From positions 62,001 through 115,697 of the forward strand of contig CAUYUJ010000298.1 in assembly GCA_963575745.1 (NCBI GenBank): a stretch of 53,697 nucleotides of DNA. Reading direction: 5' to 3'. Every line of letters starts with the position of its first letter. Positions within the stretch are counted from its first letter, which is position 1. The notes below the pieces were generated by a model, which was not told where the DNA came from, did not search any database, and worked only from the letters and a program-made list of their open reading frames with translations. This document shows, piece after piece, positions 48,373 through 53,697 of the stretch. Source of the stretch: Prorocentrum cordatum. Lineage: Eukaryota. The position numbers were made by a program, and so were the translations under genes.

Positions 48373-50688
48373 AACTCGTAGAGCTCCTTTAGCAAGTTAT
48401 TGCTGGAAGCTTAAGAGTAATTCCGGGGAGCTGGAGAGCTAGTTGGCAAGAAAAATCTCGACGGACCTTTTGGTGACTTTTGGTCGGTTGAAATTTTGTT
48501 CTCAAAATTTGAACATTCGTTAGAGCTCTAGTATTTTTTCCATGATATTCGATCTCATTCCCGCTCGCCATCTTGATCTCAGCTCGATCGAGTAACTTTG
48601 AAGGCCAAAAAGCACACGGGCGGGAACGGCCGTTTCGAGTCATCTTGATACGCGCTGTCGGTTTTCTGAAGATAACTCGAACTTGAGGACAACTAAAGAG
48701 CTAATTAGCACAGCTAATGCATGCAGAATGATCAGGCGCGTTCGCCTGTTGAATCGAGAGGTCTGAACTCGATCTGCTAGCCGAGCTAGGGCTGCAAACC
48801 TATTCGTATTATTCGAGTCATTGTAGCAGACACTCTCGGTTTTTCGTACTCAACTCGATCGGTAGGGCAGCCACAGAGCTGATAATCACAGAAATCGATT
48901 AAGAATTATCAGGCACGTTCGTCTGTTGAATCAAGGGCTCTGAACTCGGCCTGCTCCCCGAGCTAGGTTTGCGAACCTATTGGTATTGTTCGAGTCATCT
49001 TGAGAAGTACTCTCGGTTTTCTGTACTTAAATCGTGCTGGGGGAGGGTTACAGTGCTGCTGGTCACAGGAATCGATTTCGAGACATCAGGCGCGTCCGTT
49101 CGTCGAACCGAAAGCTCGGAACTCGGTCTGCTGCTCGGACGAGATCCGCGAAACGGTTGTATTATTCGAGTCATTCTGAGAAGTACTCTCGATTTTCTGC
49201 ACTTAACTCAGGCTGTACGGGGGGCTGCAGAGCTGGTAATCACAGAAATCGATCCGCAGACATCAGACGAGTCCGCCTGTCGCATTCAGAGGTCTGAACT
49301 CGGTTTCATACTCAAGCTCGATTGGAAAACTGTTCGTTTGGTTTGTTAGAGTCATCTTGAGAGGTCTATAATCGCTTGGCCTGAAAAACTAGTCGTTCTC
49401 TGAAATTCTTTTCCACACTGGGCGCCGGCGGTAAACCGTCAACCTTTGTTACCGCTGGGGGACTCGTAGAGCTTCCTGACAACATATAATGTCGAAGAAA
49501 ATTGCAGAGAACGAATAGTTTTTCAGGCCAACTCGAGTATCAGACCGAGTTCAGACCTCTGAATGCAGCAGACAGAGGCGTCTGATCTCTCCGAATCGAT
49601 TCCTCTGCTTACCCGCCCTGCAGCCCCCCTACAGCCCGAGCTAAGTGCAGACCGCCGACAGTAGCTCTCAAGATGACTGGAAGAATACGAACAGTTCAGA
49701 GCAGCAGACCGAGTTCAGAGCTCTGGATTCAACAGGCGAACGCGCCTGATTATCAGAGTGCGATAGATGTGCTTACCAGCACTGTAGCTGCCCTACAGTT
49801 CGAGTTAAGTAGAAAATACCGACATCGAGTAATACAAATAGGTTTGCAGACCTAGCTCGGCTAGCAGACCGAGTTCAAAGCTATGAATGCAACAGGCGAA
49901 CGCGCATGATTATTCTGAGTGCGATAGGTGTGCTTACCAGCACTGTAGCCGCTCTACAGCTCGAGTTGAATAGAAAATACCGACAACGCGTATCAAGTTG
50001 ACTCGAATAATACGAATAGGTTTGCGGACCTAGCTCGGCTAACAGACCGAGTTCAGACCTATGAATTCAACAGACGACCGCGCCTGATCATTATCCGTGC
50101 GATAGGCGTGCTTACCAGCACTGTAGCTGCCCTACAGCTCGAGTTAAGTAGAAAATACCGACACCGCGTATCAAGTAGACTCGAATAATACGAATAGGTT
50201 TGCGGACCTAGCTTGGCTAGCAGACCGAGTTCAGTCCTATGGATTCAACAGGCGAACGCGCCTGATGATTCTGAAAGCGATAGCTGTGCTTACAAGCTCT
50301 GTAGCTGCCCTACAGCTCGAGTTAAATGCAAAATACCGACAGCGCATATCAACATGACTCGAAACGGCCGTTCCCGCCAGAGTGCTTTTTGGCCTTCAAA
50401 GTTACCCGATCGAGCTGAGATCAAGATTGCGAGCGGAAATAAGATCGAATATCACAGGAAAAAATATTAGAGCTCTAACGAATGTTCAAATTTTGAGAAC
50501 AAAATTTTCAACCGACCAAAATTCCGTCGAGATTTTTCTTGCCAACTAGCTCTCCAGCGCGCCGGAATTACTCTTAGCTTCCAGCTAAAACTCGCTAAGG
50601 GAAGCTCTACGAGTTGTTATATATTGTCAGGAGCTCTGCGAGTCCCCCGGCGGTAAGAAAGGTTGACGGTTTACCGCCGTCGCCCAGT
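48373..50688 (+). mobile_element. Inverted family A element with an opposite-orientation A copy (49417-50615) nested inside
   Basis: Starts AACTCGTAGAGC; after the nested copy, continues ..ATTGTCAGGAGCTCTGCGAG-hairpin-CCCAGT. Confidence 0.75.
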
Positions 50689-51564
50689 TTCTAGCAATAA
50701 CTTGCTGGGGGAAGCTCCACGGACTGGCGCCGGCGGTGAACCGTCAACCTGGTCGCCACCGGGAACCTCGTAGAGCTCCTTGAACCCGTAAGAAAGCCCA
50801 GGATCGAAGGGGAGAGCTCCTGGGAGCTTTCCTAGAAAAACGTAAAATTCAGATTTTTTGGAGTCAACATAATTTCGGTTCCCGGAAGTCAACTAATACT
50901 AACACTTGCTCTAGAGAGCTGAGCTGCTGAGAGAACAAAGTTCATATGCCAATGCTCGGCGTAAAAATCTGCTTCCTCAAAATAAATGGTCAAATATTTT
51001 CAAATATTCGCAAAACCACCCAAAAGTTGTCACTTTGTCCTTTCTGGTCGGGTCGACCAACTGGCGCCGGCGGTGAACCGTCAACCTGGTCTCCGCCGGG
51101 AACCTCGTAGAGCTCCTAGCACGCGTAAGAGTGCTCAGCATCAAAAGAGAGGGCTTCTGGAAGCATTTCTGGAAAAAGGGAAAACATGATTTTTTTCATG
51201 TCGACATGAAGTTGGTTGCGCCAAGTGTTTCCATTGTGAAAATGCATCTAGAGAGCTCATATTAAGGCGGTGAGGCCCTCATAGTCGTTTACAGGTGCGA
51301 AAAATTTGCTTTCTCAAAATAAATGGTCAGATATCTTTCAAATATTTGCAAAACCACCCAAAAGTTACCACATTGTCCGTTCTGGTCGGGTCGACCAACT
51401 AGCTCCACCCCGCGCCGGAATTCCTCTAGCTCATCGATGCCGAAGAGCTCTACGAGGTACTGGGCGCCGGCGGTAAACCGTCAACCTTTCTTACCGCCGG
51501 GGGACTCGTAGAGCTTCCTGACAGTATATAGAGTGGGAAATAATCCAGAGAACGACTAGTTTCC

Positions 51565-52640
51565 ATGACTCTAACAAAAAAACAAACAGTTTCGCAATCC
51601 AGTTCGAGTATCAGACCGAGTTCAGACCTCGCAATGCGACAGGCGGACGCGTCTGATGTCTGCGAATCGACTCATGTGATTACCAGCCCTGCAGCCCCCC
51701 GACAGCCCGAGTTAAGTGCAGAAAACCGAGAGCATCTCTCAGAATGACTCGAATAATACAATAGTTTCGCGAATCTGTTTCGAGCAGCAAATCAAGTTCT
51801 GAGCTTTCGAATCGTCCAACGAACGCGTCTGATGTGTGCAAATCGATTTCTATGACCCGCAGCACTGTAGCCCTCCCCCAGCACGAGTTGAGTGCAGAAA
51901 ATTGAGAGCACGTTGCACGATGATTCGGAGAATACGAATAGTTTCGCGAAGCTAGCTCGGGCAGCAGGCCGAGTTCAGAGCTCTCGATACAACAGACAAA
52001 CGCGCCCGATGATTCCCAATCGATTTATGTGACTATAGGCTCTGTAACTGCCCTAAAGCTCGAGTTAAGTACAGAAAACCGAGAGCGTTTGTCAAGATGA
52101 CTCGAATAATACGAATAGGTTTGCGGACCTAGCCCAGCTAGCAGACCGAGTTTAGACCTATGGATTTAACAGGCGAACGCGCCTGACGATTCTGAGTGCG
52201 ATAGGTGTGCTTACCAGCACTGTAGCTGCCCTAGACCTCGAGTTAAGCAGAAAATACCGACAACGCGTATCAAGTTGACTCGAATAATACGAATAGGTTT
52301 GCGGACCTAGCTCGGCTAGCAGACCGAGTTCAGACCTCTGGATTCAACAGGCGAACGCGCCTGATGATTCTGAGTGCGATAGGTGTGCTTACCAGCACTG
52401 TAGCTGCCCTACAGCTCGAGTTGAGTAGAAAATACCGACAACGCGTATCAAGTTGACTCGAATAATACGAATAGATTTGCGGGCCTAGCTCGGGTAGCAG
52501 ACCGAGTTCAGACCTCTGGATTGAACAGGCGAACGCGCCTGATGATTCTGAGTGCGATAGCTGTGCTTACAGGCACTGTAGCTGCCCTACAGCTCGAGTT
52601 AAGTTGAAAATACCGACAGCCCGTAGCAAGATGACTCGAA
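51565..52640. repeat. 178-bp tandem repeat array inside a family A element (about 6 monomers)
   Basis: GACTCGAA anchor at 52099, 52277, 52455 and 52633, an exact 178-bp period. The same monomer occurs several times in each A/A'/C copy. Confidence 0.92.
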
Positions 52641-53697
52641 ACGGCCGTTCCCGCCACCGTGCTTTTTGGCCTTCAAAGTTACCCGATCGAGCTGAGATCA
52701 AGATGGCGAGCGGGAATAAGATCGAATATCACGGGAAAAAATACTAGAGCTCTAACGAATTGTCAAATTTCGAGAACATAATTTTCAACCGAGCAAAAGT
52801 CACCAAAAGTTCCGTCGAGATTTTTCTTGCCAACTGGCGCCGGCGGTGAGCCGTCAACCTGGTCACCGCCGGGAACCTCGTAGAGCTCCTTTCACACGTA
52901 AGAGTGCTCAGAGTCGGAAGAGAGAGCTTCTGGAAGAATTTCTCGAAAAGGAAGAAAATTGTTTTTTTCGCGTCGACGTGAAGATGATTCCTCCAAGTGT
53001 TTTGATAGTAAAATTGCGCCTACGGAGCTCATACTAAGACAGAGAGGCCCTCATACTCGTTTACAGGTGCGACAAATCTGCTTTCTCAAAATGAATTGTC
53101 AAATATCTTTCAAAAAATTACAAAACAACCCAAAAGTTATCACTTTCTCCTTTCTGGCCGGGTCGGCCAACGGGCGCCGGCGGTAAACCGTCAACCTTTG
53201 TTACCGCCGGGGGACTCGTAGAGCTTCCTGACAACATATAATGTCGAAAAAAAAATGCCGAGAACGAATAGTTCTTCTGTCCAACTCGAGTCTTAGACCG
53301 AGTTCAGACCTCTGAATGCGACAGACGGACGCGTCTACAGAGTTGAGTACAAGATACCGAGAGCGTCTGTCAAGATGACTCGGATGATACGAATAGGTTT
53401 GCGGACATAGCTCGGCTAGCAGACCGAGTTCAGACCTCTGGATTCAACAGGCGAACGCGCCTGATAATTCTGGATGCGATAGGTGTGCTTGCCAACTTTG
53501 TAGCTGTCCTACAGCTCGAGTTAAGTACAAAATACCGAGAGCGCCTGTCAAGATGGCTTGAATAATACGAATAGGTTTGCGGACCTAGCTCGGCTAGCAG
53601 GCCGAGTTAAGACATCTGGATTCAACAGACGAACGCGCCTGATGATTCTGAATGCAATAGGTGTGCTTGCCAGCTCTGTAGCTGCCCTACAGCTCGA

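Larger units (their letters stand above)
23647..53697 (-). mobile_element. Nest of non-autonomous Helentron-like elements, right block (interrupted by the LINE and two short inserts)
   Basis: More than 25 hairpin heads, nearly all in the same orientation; one inverted copy at 48373-50688; stacked tails at about 48165-48360. Confidence 0.8.

Noticed and set aside
3887..53697. CRISPR-like appearance (conserved palindromic motif recurring between variable stretches)
   Set aside because: The intervening segments are hundreds of bp long and homologous to each other rather than unique spacers; no cas genes; eukaryotic context.

Overview
Eukaryotic repeat-rich DNA, most likely dinoflagellate (inferred from GC/GA splice donors, AG|G acceptors and co-oriented genes). 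About 60% of the window looks like satellite but resolves into a nest of non-autonomous Helentron/Helitron2-like elements. These have asymmetric 14-bp subterminal inverted repeats, a 3' hairpin ending CCAGT, precise insertion mostly at TT with no target duplication, and internal 178-bp tandem repeats. Embedded in the nest are (i) a ~13.7-kb island (9936-23646) with a spliced, disrupted DDE transposase-like gene, a cytosine-methyltransferase-like remnant and two unknown genes, and (ii) a ~6.0-kb non-LTR retrotransposon (26718-32709). The retrotransposon is the best candidate for a new system. It sits in the loop of the Helentron terminal hairpin, and a second, different short element sits at the same position (43078). 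It is one reading frame end to end, broken only by a UGA-CGG plus stem-loop that looks like a readthrough signal. It takes its final stop codon from the target DNA, has a WADN RT motif, and ends in an apparently circularly permuted RNase H. All protein family calls are from motif recognition by eye; no searches were run.
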